Of a stretch of DNA of 64,000 nt, positions 29,116-38,051 are shown piece by piece. The DNA is from an uncultured Candidatus Binatia bacterium (GTDB lineage: Bacteria > Desulfobacterota > Binatia > Bin18). A program made the position numbers and the translations under genes. The notes beneath the pieces were generated by a model. The model worked only from the letters and a program-made list of their open reading frames with translations. It was not told where the DNA came from and did not search any database. Numbering within the stretch: position 1 is the first letter of the stretch; every line of letters begins with the position of its first letter. Location: the NCBI GenBank assembly GCA_965214605.1, contig OZ243961.1, positions 96,001-160,000 of the forward strand, given 5' to 3'.

Positions 29116-29254
29116 GATGCCGTGCTCCTTTGTGAGATGGACGGGGGTAGCGGGCACGGCTCCCTCCAGAGCGCCGCCCGCCGTCCCGCTCACAGTCGGA
29201 CTCGTCCTCTTAGCGGCGAGCGGTGCCGCGCCGGGGCCAACAAGCAACGGTCGG

Positions 29255-29344
29255 GGTGACGCCCATGCGGATACGGGCAACCGCCCTGTGTCTACCGTCG
29301 CGTGTGTAGAGACGCGGTGACGGCCATGCGGATACGGGCAACCG
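29255..29344. repeat. 29-bp direct repeat pair separated by 32 bp (CRISPR-like geometry)
   Basis: GGTGACG(C/G)CCATGCGGATACGGGCAACCG at 29255-29283 and 29316-29344, one mismatch. Confidence 0.9.
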
Positions 29345-29449
29345 GCACATAATCGGAAACGACGCTGTCCGCGGTGGTGCGCCGACAGGAATCGGCAGAC
29401 GGCGGAGCTCTTGGAGGGGTCGATCAATGACGGGGTGGTCAGCGTTTCG

Positions 29450-29487
29450 GATTGCGGCCTTGATTGGATCGCAATCGCGCTTAGAAT
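29450..29487 (+). promoter_or_regulatory. Putative fitAB-like promoter/operator
   Basis: TTGATT-N16-TAGAAT, with the inverted repeat GATTGCG..CGCAATC (29450-29476) bracketing the -35. Confidence 0.5.
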
Positions 29488-29517
29488 GAAACCCTTGCAG
29501 GAATGGCAGACAGAACC

Positions 29518-29763
29518 ATGGCGAGCATCACGATCCGCAATCTGGAGGACGACGTGAAGACCCGTCTGCGGGTGCGGGCGGCAGGGCATGGCCGGTCTAT
29601 AGAGGAGGAGGCGCGCATCATCCTGCGTGAAGCCGTGAGCGGCGGAAAGCCAGGGCTGCGGAATCTGGCGGCATTCACCCGCGAGTGTTTCGCGCCCCTT
29701 GGCGGTATCGAGCTGGAACTCCCACCGCGCGGCCTGATGCGCGAACCTCCGGATTTCACCTGA
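29518..29763 (+). CDS. FitA-like ribbon-helix-helix antitoxin
   Basis: MASITIRNLEDDVKTRLRVRAAGHGRSIEEEARIIL..GGIELELPPR. Confidence 0.92.
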   Translation: MASITIRNLEDDVKTRLRVRAAGHGRSIEEEARIILREAVSGGKPGLRNLAAFTRECFAPLGGIELELPPRGLMREPPDFT

Positions 29764-29776
29764 GCAGCGGCCTCGC

Positions 29777-30199
29777 ATGTACGTCATAGACACGAGTGTT
29801 GCGTCCGAACTCATGCGTCCGGCGCCGACGGCCTCGGTCGCGGCATGGATTGCGGAGCGGAACGCGGAGGAGTTGTTTCTGGCGGCGATCAGCGAAGCCG
29901 AACTGCGCTACGGCGTCGCAATCGTTCCGGCCGGCTGGCGGAAGAATGAGCTGGACGCCGCCATGACCCGGTGGCTCGATGAGGGATTTGGCGAACGGAT
30001 TCTGCCGTTCGACAGTGCCGCGGCACGCGCCTACGCAGAGATCGCTGCGGGCCGACGTTCCACCGGGCGTCCTATCGCCCCGGCGAACTGCCAGTTCGCT
30101 GCGATCGCCCGGTCCCGCGGTATGGCCATCGCGACGCGCAACATCCGGGATTGTGAGGATATCGGCATCAAGGTCATTGACCCATTGACGGCAACATGA
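29777..30199 (+). CDS. vapC: FitB/VapC PIN-domain toxin (possibly catalytically weakened)
   Basis: VIDTSVASELMRP, ISEAELRYG, ILPFD, IATRN. The usual DxxIAA motif reads NCQFAA. Confidence 0.88.
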   Translation: MYVIDTSVASELMRPAPTASVAAWIAERNAEELFLAAISEAELRYGVAIVPAGWRKNELDAAMTRWLDEGFGERILPFDSAAARAYAEIAAGRRSTGRPIAPANCQFAAIARSRGMAIATRNIRDCEDIGIKVIDPLTAT

Positions 30200-30284
30200 A
30201 CCGTGCGACGGCAGCCTCCGCACATCTATGTAGTGCGCGAACCACGCGCCGGCGGGTGACGATGCTCGGGACAATAGAGCGGAC

Positions 30285-33200
30285 ATGAGCGAACCCCGGC
30301 TGCGCTGCGTTGCTCTCGATATCGAGGTCGGCAAGGACGACCGCATTCATGCCTTTGGGGCGGTGCGCGCGGATACCGGTCGCAGCCTGACGCATTCCGG
30401 CGGCAGTCTGGCCGCCTCGCTGGCGAAGCTCGACGATTTCGCCGAAAGCGCGTCCTTCGTGCTGGGGCACAATCTGATCGCCTTCGACCTGCCCCACCTC
30501 AAGGCGGCGAAGCCGGACCTCCGGCTGCTGATGCTGCCGGCTGTGGACACGCTGCGCCTCAGCCCACTCGCCTTCCCCCGCAACCCCTATCACAGCCTTG
30601 TCAAGCACTACCAGGACGGCGGCCTCAAGCGCGGCCGGGTGAACGATCCAGAACTCGACTCCCGCATAGCGCTGAAGCTCTTCGGGGACGAGCGCGAGAC
30701 GTTGGCGAAGACCTCGCCGGATCTGCTCACCGCCTGGCACTGGCTGTGCACCCCCCGGCACACGGGCCACGACCGCGCTCTGGACGAGTTCTTCCGGCAG
30801 GTTCGGCGAGCTCGCCGTCCGTCGCAGGCTGAGGCCGCGGCAGCAATAGACCGGAGACTGGAACACGCCGCCTGCACGACCCAGGCGCGCGAGGTCATGG
30901 CGAGCACGGACAAACTCGGCTGGTCGCTGGCCTATGCCCTGGCATGGCTGTCCGTGGCGGGCGGCAATTCCGTGATGCCGCCCTGGGTACGCCACCAGTT
31001 TCCGGAAGCCGGCCGGCTGGTGCGCCGTCTCAGGGATACCGCCTGTACCGATCCGGCCTGCGGCTGGTGCCGGGAATTTCATGACGCGGGCAAGGAGCTG
31101 AGACGCTGGTTCGGCTTTGACGGATTTCGTCCCGAACCGGCGGACGACGACAGGCCCATGCAGCAGGCCATCGTCGAGCAGGCGATGGCGGGACGGCACG
31201 CGCTCGGGATTCTTCCCACCGGCACGGGGAAGTCGCTCTGTTACCAGATCCCCGCTCTGTCGCGCTACGACAAGACCGGTGCGCTGACGGTCGTGATATC
31301 GCCTCTGGTCGCGCTGATGGCAGATCAGGTAGCTGGGATGGAGGAGCATGGCATCGGGTGCTGCGTGACGATCAACGGCCTGCTGTCGATGCCCGAGCGT
31401 GCGGACGCATTGGACCGGGTTCGGTTGGGAGACGCGGGCATCCTCCTGATTTCGCCGGAACAGTTGCGTTCCCGCTCCCTTCGGCAGGCGCTCGACCAGC
31501 GCGAGATCGGCGCTTGGGTGCTGGACGAAGCGCACTGCCTATCGCGCTGGGGCCACGACTTCCGGCCCGACTACCGGTATGTGGGGCGATTCATCCGCGA
31601 AAAGGCCGGTGCCGAACCGGTGCCTCCCGTGCTGTGTCTGACCGCAACCGCGAAGCCGGACGTCATCGGCGACATCGTGCGGCACTTCCGCGACAAGCTC
31701 GGAATTGAGCTGACGGTCTTCGACGGTGGCGCTGAACGCACCAATCTCACCTTTGAAGTCATCCCGACCACCGGGGGCGAGAAGTTCTCCCACATCCATC
31801 AGGTCCTGATGTCCTGCCTGCCGCCCGACATGCCGGGCGGCGCTATTGTGTACTGCGCGACCCGCCGGCAAAGCGAAGATGTCGCGGAGTACCTGCAATT
31901 GAAAGGCGTCGCAGCTGACCGTTTCCACGCGGGCCTGCCGCCGGAGACGAAGAAAGAGGTGCAGCATCGCTTCATCGACGGCGCACTGCGTGCGATCGCC
32001 GCCACCAACGCCTTTGGCATGGGCATCGACAAGCCGGACGTGCGGCTGGTCGTTCATGCCGACATTCCAGGGTCGCTGGAGAGCTATTTGCAGGAGGCCG
32101 GCCGGGCCGGCCGGGACCGGGCATCGGCGCGTTGCGTGCTGCTCTATGCGGCGGGCGATGTCGAGCGTCAGTTCGGCATGTCGGCGCGCTCCCGACTCAC
32201 CAGGGAAGAGATTCATGGCATCCTGAGGGCACTGCGCAATCTCGACCGAAAGAAACGCTTCGGCGGGGAGATCGTGGCGAGCGCGGGCGAGATCCTCGGC
32301 GAGGACGAGGACAAGGCCTTCGAGCGCGACTCGGCCACGGATGATACCCGGGTGCGCACCGCCATCGCCTGGCTTGAGGAGACGGGACTCCTGACCCGGG
32401 AAGAGAACGTCGTACAGGTCTTTCCGTCGTCTCTCCGCGTGGGTTCGGTGGAGGAGGCCCGACGACGGCTCGTCAACGCGAAGATCACGGATGCGTATCG
32501 GGGGAACTTGCTGTGCATCGCGGAAGCCTTGATCGGAGCGAACGCTGACGAAGGAATCAGCACGGACGAGTTGACGGGTGTCTCGGGGCTCAGTCCCGAG
32601 GGCGTGCGCGGTGCGCTTTACGATCTGGAACGGTTCGGCATCGCTAGCAACGACACGGCGCTGACCGCGTTCGTCCACACGGGCGTGGCCCGCTCGTCGC
32701 GGAAGCGCTTCGAAGAGGCGGCCGCGCTGGAGACCGCCCTCATCGCCCACATGCGAGAGGCCGCTCCTGACCTCGGAAAGGGAGAGAGTTCGCCCCTCCA
32801 TCTGCGTATCGCCGCACAGGTGCTGCGGGATCAAAGTCAGGCCGATCCGCTACCGGAACAGCTGTTCCGCATCGTCCGGGGTATCGCCTATGACGGACGC
32901 GGCGAGGACGATGGCACCGTGGGCAGCCTCACGGTCCGCAAGCGCGATGCGGAGACCGCGTGGGTCACGCTGCAGCGGAAATGGGGTACGCTGGAAAGGA
33001 TCGCCGGCATACGCCGCGAGGCGGCTCTCCGCCTGCTGGAACATCTACTCGGCTGCCTCCCGTCCGGGAGCCGCGGAACCGATCTTCTGGCCGAGACCAC
33101 GCTCGGGAAACTCCTGCAGGCGATCGAGTCCGACTTGGTCCTTAAGAGCAGGGTTCGGAACCCGGCCAAGCTGCTCGACCGAGCCCTACTATGGCTCCAC

Positions 33201-35387
33201 GAGCAGGAGGTGCTCCGCCTCAACAAGGGGCTCGCGGTGTTCCGCCCCGCCATGACGATCAGACTGGAACAGCGGGACCGCCGGGGGTTTTCTAGGGCTG
33301 ACTTCGAACCCCTCGCCCTCCACTACAAGGGACAGGTGCTGCAAATCCACGTCATGAAGGAGTTCGCCGAGCGTGGTCTCGCCGCCATGGGCGAAGCCTT
33401 GCAGCTGGCCATGGACTATTTCGCACTCACTGAGGAGGGGTTTCTGGCCCGGTGGCTATCCGGTCGGGACCGGGAGATCGGCCGGCAGACGACGCCAGCG
33501 TCATGGCGGGACATCGTCGAAAGCCTGAGGAACCCGGTCCAGCAGCGCATCGTGGCTGACGAGCGAGAACGGACCAACGTGCTGGTGCTCGCGGGCCCCG
33601 GTTCAGGCAAGACGCGCGTGCTGGTGCACCGCATCGCTTGGCTGGTTCGCGTCAGACGGGAAAACGCCCGGGGCATCCTTGCCTTGGCCTACAACCGTCA
33701 TGCCGCTGTCGATATCCGCCGCCGGCTCGCGGAGTTGATCGGCGATGACGCCCAGGGTGTGACGGTGCTCACCTGTCACGCGCTTGCCATGCGCCTAGCC
33801 GGCGCCAGCTTCACCGGCCGGGCGGAGCGCCCGGACGACGGGACGTTCCGGGACGTGATGCGCCGCGCGGTCGCGCTGCTCCGCGGCAAGGAGCTGTCGC
33901 CGGAGGAAGCGGATGAACGCCGTGAGCGCCTACTATCGGGCTTCCGATGGATTCTGGTTGACGAGTACCAGGATGTCGGTCCCGAGCAGTATGAGCTGAT
34001 CTCGGCCCTCGCACGCCGGACGCTGGATGAGGACTTGAGCAAGCTCACCATGTTCGCGGTCGGAGACGACGATCAGAACATCTATGCCTTCAACGGCGCG
34101 TCGGTGGAGTTCATCCGGCGATTCGAATCGGACTACGGACCGAAACCCACCTACCTGACCGCCAATTACCGTTCGACGGCCAATATCGTGGCGGCGGCCA
34201 ACGCGATGATTGAGCCCGCGCGGAGCCGCATGAAGGCACGGCATCCCATCTATGTCGATCGCGCTCGCGAGAGGGATCCATCCGGCGGAGAGTGGACGGA
34301 GCTGGACCCGGTCTCGCGTGGGCGGGTGCAACTCCTGCCAGCCGGAGGGGACGCGGTCCGCCAGGCGCGGGTCGTTATGGCAGAGCTGCTGCGTCTCTCC
34401 GAGCTTGCGCCAACGTGGGACTGGTTGAAATGCGCAGCGATCGCGCGCGAGTGGAAGTATCTGATTCCGGTGCGGGCGTTCTGCGAGGCGTATAACGTCC
34501 CGGTACAGATGGCGAACGAGGAGATTCCGAGTTTCTGGCGCCTGCGGGAAACCCGGGCGTTCGTCCAGTGGTTGCGCGAACGAGAACCGCGGGTCGTCGA
34601 CAGCGCCTCCTTGCGCGGTTGGGTGGACGCACGACCCTCTGATCCCTGGCACGACCTGCTGCGGCAGGCCGTGGAGGAACATGCGCTGGAAACCGGCGGC
34701 GGCGAGACCCCGGTGGACCATTTCATCGAGTGGCTGGCCGAGTGGGGTCGGGACGTACGTCGCCGCCAGCGGGGACTGCTGCTGCTCACAGCCCATCGCG
34801 CCAAGGGGCTGGAGTTCGATCATGTGGCGGTTCTGGACGGCGGCTGGGACCGCGCCGGGCGCGACGAAGATCCAGACGCGCCGCGCCGGCTGTATTACGT
34901 AGCCATGACGAGGGCGCGGCAGACGCTCACGCTGGCGCGCCTCGACGGTTCCCGGGGCTTCCAGGCCGAACTGGTTGACCATGCCGCAACGATGCGGCGA
35001 GAGGCTGCCGAGCTTTCCCCGTGCCCAGAGGCAGCTGAGTACTGCCATGTTCGACCGACGCTTCAGGATGTCGACCTGGGGTTCGCCGGGCGCCACCGTG
35101 CCGGCGATCCGATGCATGGCGCCATCGCCTCGCTGTCGATCGGCGACCCCCTAGACGTTCAAGTTGGGAAGAACGGGCGTTGGGAGTTGCTGGACAGGGA
35201 GGGTCGGGCCGTGGGGCGTTTTGCTCAATCGTTCAAACCACCATCCGGAATGCGGTGCCGGTCTGCCGAGGTGTTCGCCGTGATGGGCTGGAGTCGCGAG
35301 GCGTCGAAACCGAAATACCACGACGCCATGAGGTGCGATGACTGGGAGGTGGTGGTTCCCGAGCTCGTCTTCGAACCTGATCGATGA
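30285..35387 (+). CDS. Large fusion: DEDD-like exonuclease + RecQ (SF2) helicase + UvrD-like (SF1) helicase
   Basis: ALDIE/GHNLIAFD; PTGTGKSLCYQ, DEAHC..WGHDFRPDY, GMGIDKPDVR, QEAGRAGRD; AGPGSGKT, DEYQD, GDDDQNIY, NYRS, AKGLEFD, YVAMTRAR. Confidence 0.93.
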   Translation: MSEPRLRCVALDIEVGKDDRIHAFGAVRADTGRSLTHSGGSLAASLAKLDDFAESASFVLGHNLIAFDLPHLKAAKPDLRLLMLPAVDTLRLSPLAFPRNPYHSLVKHYQDGGLKRGRVNDPELDSRIALKLFGDERETLAKTSPDLLTAWHWLCTPRHTGHDRALDEFFRQVRRARRPSQAEAAAAIDRRLEHAACTTQAREVMASTDKLGWSLAYALAWLSVAGGNSVMPPWVRHQFPEAGRLVRRLRDTACTDPACGWCREFHDAGKELRRWFGFDGFRPEPADDDRPMQQAIVEQAMAGRHALGILPTGTGKSLCYQIPALSRYDKTGALTVVISPLVALMADQVAGMEEHGIGCCVTINGLLSMPERADALDRVRLGDAGILLISPEQLRSRSLRQALDQREIGAWVLDEAHCLSRWGHDFRPDYRYVGRFIREKAGAEPVPPVLCLTATAKPDVIGDIVRHFRDKLGIELTVFDGGAERTNLTFEVIPTTGGEKFSHIHQVLMSCLPPDMPGGAIVYCATRRQSEDVAEYLQLKGVAADRFHAGLPPETKKEVQHRFIDGALRAIAATNAFGMGIDKPDVRLVVHADIPGSLESYLQEAGRAGRDRASARCVLLYAAGDVERQFGMSARSRLTREEIHGILRALRNLDRKKRFGGEIVASAGEILGEDEDKAFERDSATDDTRVRTAIAWLEETGLLTREENVVQVFPSSLRVGSVEEARRRLVNAKITDAYRGNLLCIAEALIGANADEGISTDELTGVSGLSPEGVRGALYDLERFGIASNDTALTAFVHTGVARSSRKRFEEAAALETALIAHMREAAPDLGKGESSPLHLRIAAQVLRDQSQADPLPEQLFRIVRGIAYDGRGEDDGTVGSLTVRKRDAETAWVTLQRKWGTLERIAGIRREAALRLLEHLLGCLPSGSRGTDLLAETTLGKLLQAIESDLVLKSRVRNPAKLLDRALLWLHEQEVLRLNKGLAVFRPAMTIRLEQRDRRGFSRADFEPLALHYKGQVLQIHVMKEFAERGLAAMGEALQLAMDYFALTEEGFLARWLSGRDREIGRQTTPASWRDIVESLRNPVQQRIVADERERTNVLVLAGPGSGKTRVLVHRIAWLVRVRRENARGILALAYNRHAAVDIRRRLAELIGDDAQGVTVLTCHALAMRLAGASFTGRAERPDDGTFRDVMRRAVALLRGKELSPEEADERRERLLSGFRWILVDEYQDVGPEQYELISALARRTLDEDLSKLTMFAVGDDDQNIYAFNGASVEFIRRFESDYGPKPTYLTANYRSTANIVAAANAMIEPARSRMKARHPIYVDRARERDPSGGEWTELDPVSRGRVQLLPAGGDAVRQARVVMAELLRLSELAPTWDWLKCAAIAREWKYLIPVRAFCEAYNVPVQMANEEIPSFWRLRETRAFVQWLREREPRVVDSASLRGWVDARPSDPWHDLLRQAVEEHALETGGGETPVDHFIEWLAEWGRDVRRRQRGLLLLTAHRAKGLEFDHVAVLDGGWDRAGRDEDPDAPRRLYYVAMTRARQTLTLARLDGSRGFQAELVDHAATMRREAAELSPCPEAAEYCHVRPTLQDVDLGFAGRHRAGDPMHGAIASLSIGDPLDVQVGKNGRWELLDREGRAVGRFAQSFKPPSGMRCRSAEVFAVMGWSREASKPKYHDAMRCDDWEVVVPELVFEPDR

Positions 35388-35530
35388 TCAAAGGTACGAT
35401 AGTGCGTTGTCATCGATGACAAGGCCGGCTGGAGGTGACTGATGCGAAGGGTAGGGTCAATATCATCGCGAAGTTCGTCGATCTCCAATATGCGGCGGCC
35501 GGCAGGGCAGGGTGAGCGGAGGATGCGGGA

Positions 35531-35960
35531 TGAGCGAGTTTTCGAGGTTCCATCGCATCGGTTTTGGCGGTCCCCATGGTCGTGGCGCTGGGGCTCGTTG
35601 TGAGTTGCTCAAACGTAGATGACGCGATACCGACAGGGGAAGCGACGAGAGAAGTCGAACGGTGGAGATGTGGCGACTACTTCGACGGCTGCGGCTTTCT
35701 CGCAACAGACTGCGTAACGCTGAATGCAAACTTGCTGAATAGCACCGGTGAGGTGAAGTTCAGCGGCTTCAGCGAACGAACTCGGTTTAAAATAGAGGGC
35801 ATTGAGCGTCGGCAGGATTGGTGCCTGACAGATGATTACAGCTACGATTGCGCCTGTATGATCTCCGTTGATGGCACGGGCAAATACTTTGACTTTCGTG
35901 GTTCGGATGGACGGGGGCCAAGCCCCGCGATCTGTTCAAGTGTACAAAAGGCTGAGCACG
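35531..35960 (+). pseudogene. Cys-rich putative lipoprotein, apparently frameshifted
   Basis: Lipobox-like VVALGLVVSC. The likely ATG (35531) is out of frame with the body and the 3' end is unclear. Confidence 0.4.
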
Positions 35961-36116
35961 GACTGAAATCAAGAGTGTCTTGGCGAGCGGAAACGGTTTA
36001 CGTTCATCAGGGTCGTTTGCCGTGCTCTGATTTCGCGATGTCCAACTCCGCCCCCGCATCCCATTTTTCGACTTGCGCGGGTTTTTCGTGGTGTGGTTCG
36101 GCTGCTCAAATCACGA

Positions 36117-36847
36117 TCAAACTTTGGGGCGGCCTGCCGTTCTCGGCCTTGGATCACGTAGCCCGCTCTGCGCGGTTCCGGCGGTTTGCAGCATCTTTCG
36201 CGTCGGCTGGCAGCGGCGGGGTTCCGCCCGGTATCCCATGGCACGGGCGATGACGGCCGCAGCCTGTGTGGCAGCATCCCTGAGCGCGCCATCGTCCAGA
36301 TGCGCGTAGATTGCCGTGGTTTCGCGCTGGCGGTGTCCGAGCAGCCGCCCGACGGTGGTGAGCCCGACACTGTTCATGACGCTCTGCGAAGCCCAGGGGT
36401 GCCGGCAATCGTGGATGCGAAGGCCTGGGAGCCCCGCCTCGTCGCGGACATCCACCCAGAACGTGTAGAGCCGAAATGTGACGGTCAATCAGGTGGCAGT
36501 TGCCTTGCCGGGTTGACGGCTGCCAGCGCCGCCCCTGGCGGGGCGTGAACTCGGCGGCGAAATCGGCGAACAGGGGGTTGGTCTCGCGCTTAGCCTTCAC
36601 GGCCGTGCGGGCGATGAGGGCTTTCTCGGCGGTGGTCTCGTCCACCGTGCCGAGGATGAGGTGCTCCGCGCCGCGCTTGTGAGCGCCGCGGACGAAGCAG
36701 GGCTCGGTGCCCTGCTTCGAAACCTTGAGGCCGAAGGTGGGCAGGTCCCTGGCCATGACGGTCAAGGCCGTTTCGTCCGCCCTGCTGCTCGCGAAAGGTG
36801 CGGCGGACCGTCCGTTCGTTGCTGGCGGCGGGGCTGCGCCTGGGCAC
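36117..36847 (-). pseudogene. Tyrosine recombinase/integrase remnant
   Basis: Arm-binding-like RDLPTFGLKV segment; catalytic LRIHDCRH..GRLLGH..TTAIYAHL. Frameshifts and an internal deletion. Confidence 0.88.
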
Positions 36848-37424
36848 GGCTCCGTGGTCTGTTCCCTCGGGCGCCGCCCGTTCGCAGGGAACAGGACTGC
36901 GGTTTGGGACAGACAAGGCGGCCCGCGCGGGGGAGCGTGGCCCTAGACCGGAGCGGGCCTAAGAGACTGTCGCGTAACGGAAAACGTCCGGTGGCGGCGA
37001 ACCGGTTCGGGCTCGCTCAATGCACCATCGGTGCGTGGGGTGTGAGAACCACGCGCCGATGGGCGTTCCTAGCGCGCTTCCTGACCGCTCAATCAGTCGG
37101 GTGTTGAAAGCCGTTGTGCAGTCGGCATTTAGCCCGAGCGGCGCTTGAGCGGCAGCGCCCGCCGCGCATTTGCGGAGACAATCCCCGCACCGCCGCGCGG
37201 CTTCCGAGCAGTACTATAGGAAGCATGAAGTAACAAATCAATGTGCGAAGTCTCGTTCACCGGCAACGTCATTCACTCGGCCCGCACTGCTGGCGGCGGT
37301 GCGGGCTTGTCCGTCACGGTCGACAGCAGGAGCCGTGGCACACGCGCGTACGCCGCTGAACTGAGCGGCGTACGCGCTACCGGACATTACCGAGGTCGCC
37401 GTGCGTTGTTAACCCGTGGCGCGC

Positions 37425-37698
37425 ATGATATGGAGCTTCCAGGATCGGGAGACGCGCAGCTTCTTCGAGGGGCGACGCGGCATTCCAGGGTTTCGCCAAT
37501 CAGGTGGTGCGCCGACTGGTTCTGCTGGACAGCGCGGAGACGCTCGCAGACCTTGCCGCGTTGCCGAGCAATCGGCTGGAAGCGCTACGGGGCGACCGTA
37601 CCGGTCAGCACAGCATTCGGATCAACGCGCAGCGGCGCGTCTGCTTCCGTTGGACGGACGAAGGACCGTGCGACGTGGAGATCGTGGATTATCACTGA
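37425..37698 (+). pseudogene. higB: HigB (RelE-family) toxin, frameshifted
   Basis: MIWSFQDRET.. then a frameshift near 37479; second frame reads NRLEALRGDRTGQHSIRIN..VEIVDYH. Confidence 0.88.
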
Positions 37699-37709
37699 GG
37701 GAGTTTGAC

Positions 37710-38051
37710 ATGAACGCAAGGAACGGCATGAAGCCGATGCATCCCGGAGAAGTCCTGCGCGACGAACTCGACGAACTCGACGAACTCGGGCTGTCGGCCA
37801 ATGCGCTGTCGAGGGCGTTGGGGGTGCCGGTGAACCGGGTGACGATGATCCTGAACGGCCAGCGGGGCCTGAGCGCGGACACGGCGCTGCGGCTTGCGCG
37901 GTACTTCGGGACGACATCGCAACTCTGGCTGAACTTGCAGAAGACGTGGGAGCTTCGCCAAGCGGAGATCGCGGTGGGCCACGAGATCGCGAAGTGCGTG
38001 ACGCCCCGGCAGTCGGTGGCAACAGGCACGGTGGCCGATGCCCGTTCCTGA
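37710..38051 (+). CDS. higA: HigA family antitoxin
   Basis: HPGEVLRDE, VPVNRVT.ILNGQR..ADTALRLARYFGT..WLNLQ. Confidence 0.93.
   Translation: MNARNGMKPMHPGEVLRDELDELDELGLSANALSRALGVPVNRVTMILNGQRGLSADTALRLARYFGTTSQLWLNLQKTWELRQAEIAVGHEIAKCVTPRQSVATGTVADARS

Noticed and set aside
29255-29344. Calling the 29-bp repeat pair a bona fide CRISPR array
   Set aside because: Only two good repeats, a non-canonical stem position and no cas genes in the window. Kept as a repeat and a finding.
28822-29814. 330-aa minus-strand ORF as one gene
   Set aside because: It is antisense to fitA and crosses the repeat region; only the part from 29115 has an RBS.
30174-35117. Long minus-strand ORFs (453, 431 and 394 aa) opposite the helicase fusion
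   Set aside because: Antisense shadows of a GC-rich gene with no recognisable motifs.
36958-36978. CCTAAGAGACTGTCGCG as a possible IS end (CCTAAGAG also occurs at about 25947)
   Set aside because: No matching inverted partner or transposase was seen; the match is too short.
37344-37377. Hairpin resembling an integron attC site
   Set aside because: No flanking RYYYAAC/GTTRRRY boxes or extrahelical bases, and no IntI-type integrase.
37416-38051. 211-aa ORF as a HigB-HigA fusion
   Set aside because: It arises from the higB frameshift running into the higA frame; higA has its own RBS and ATG at 37710.
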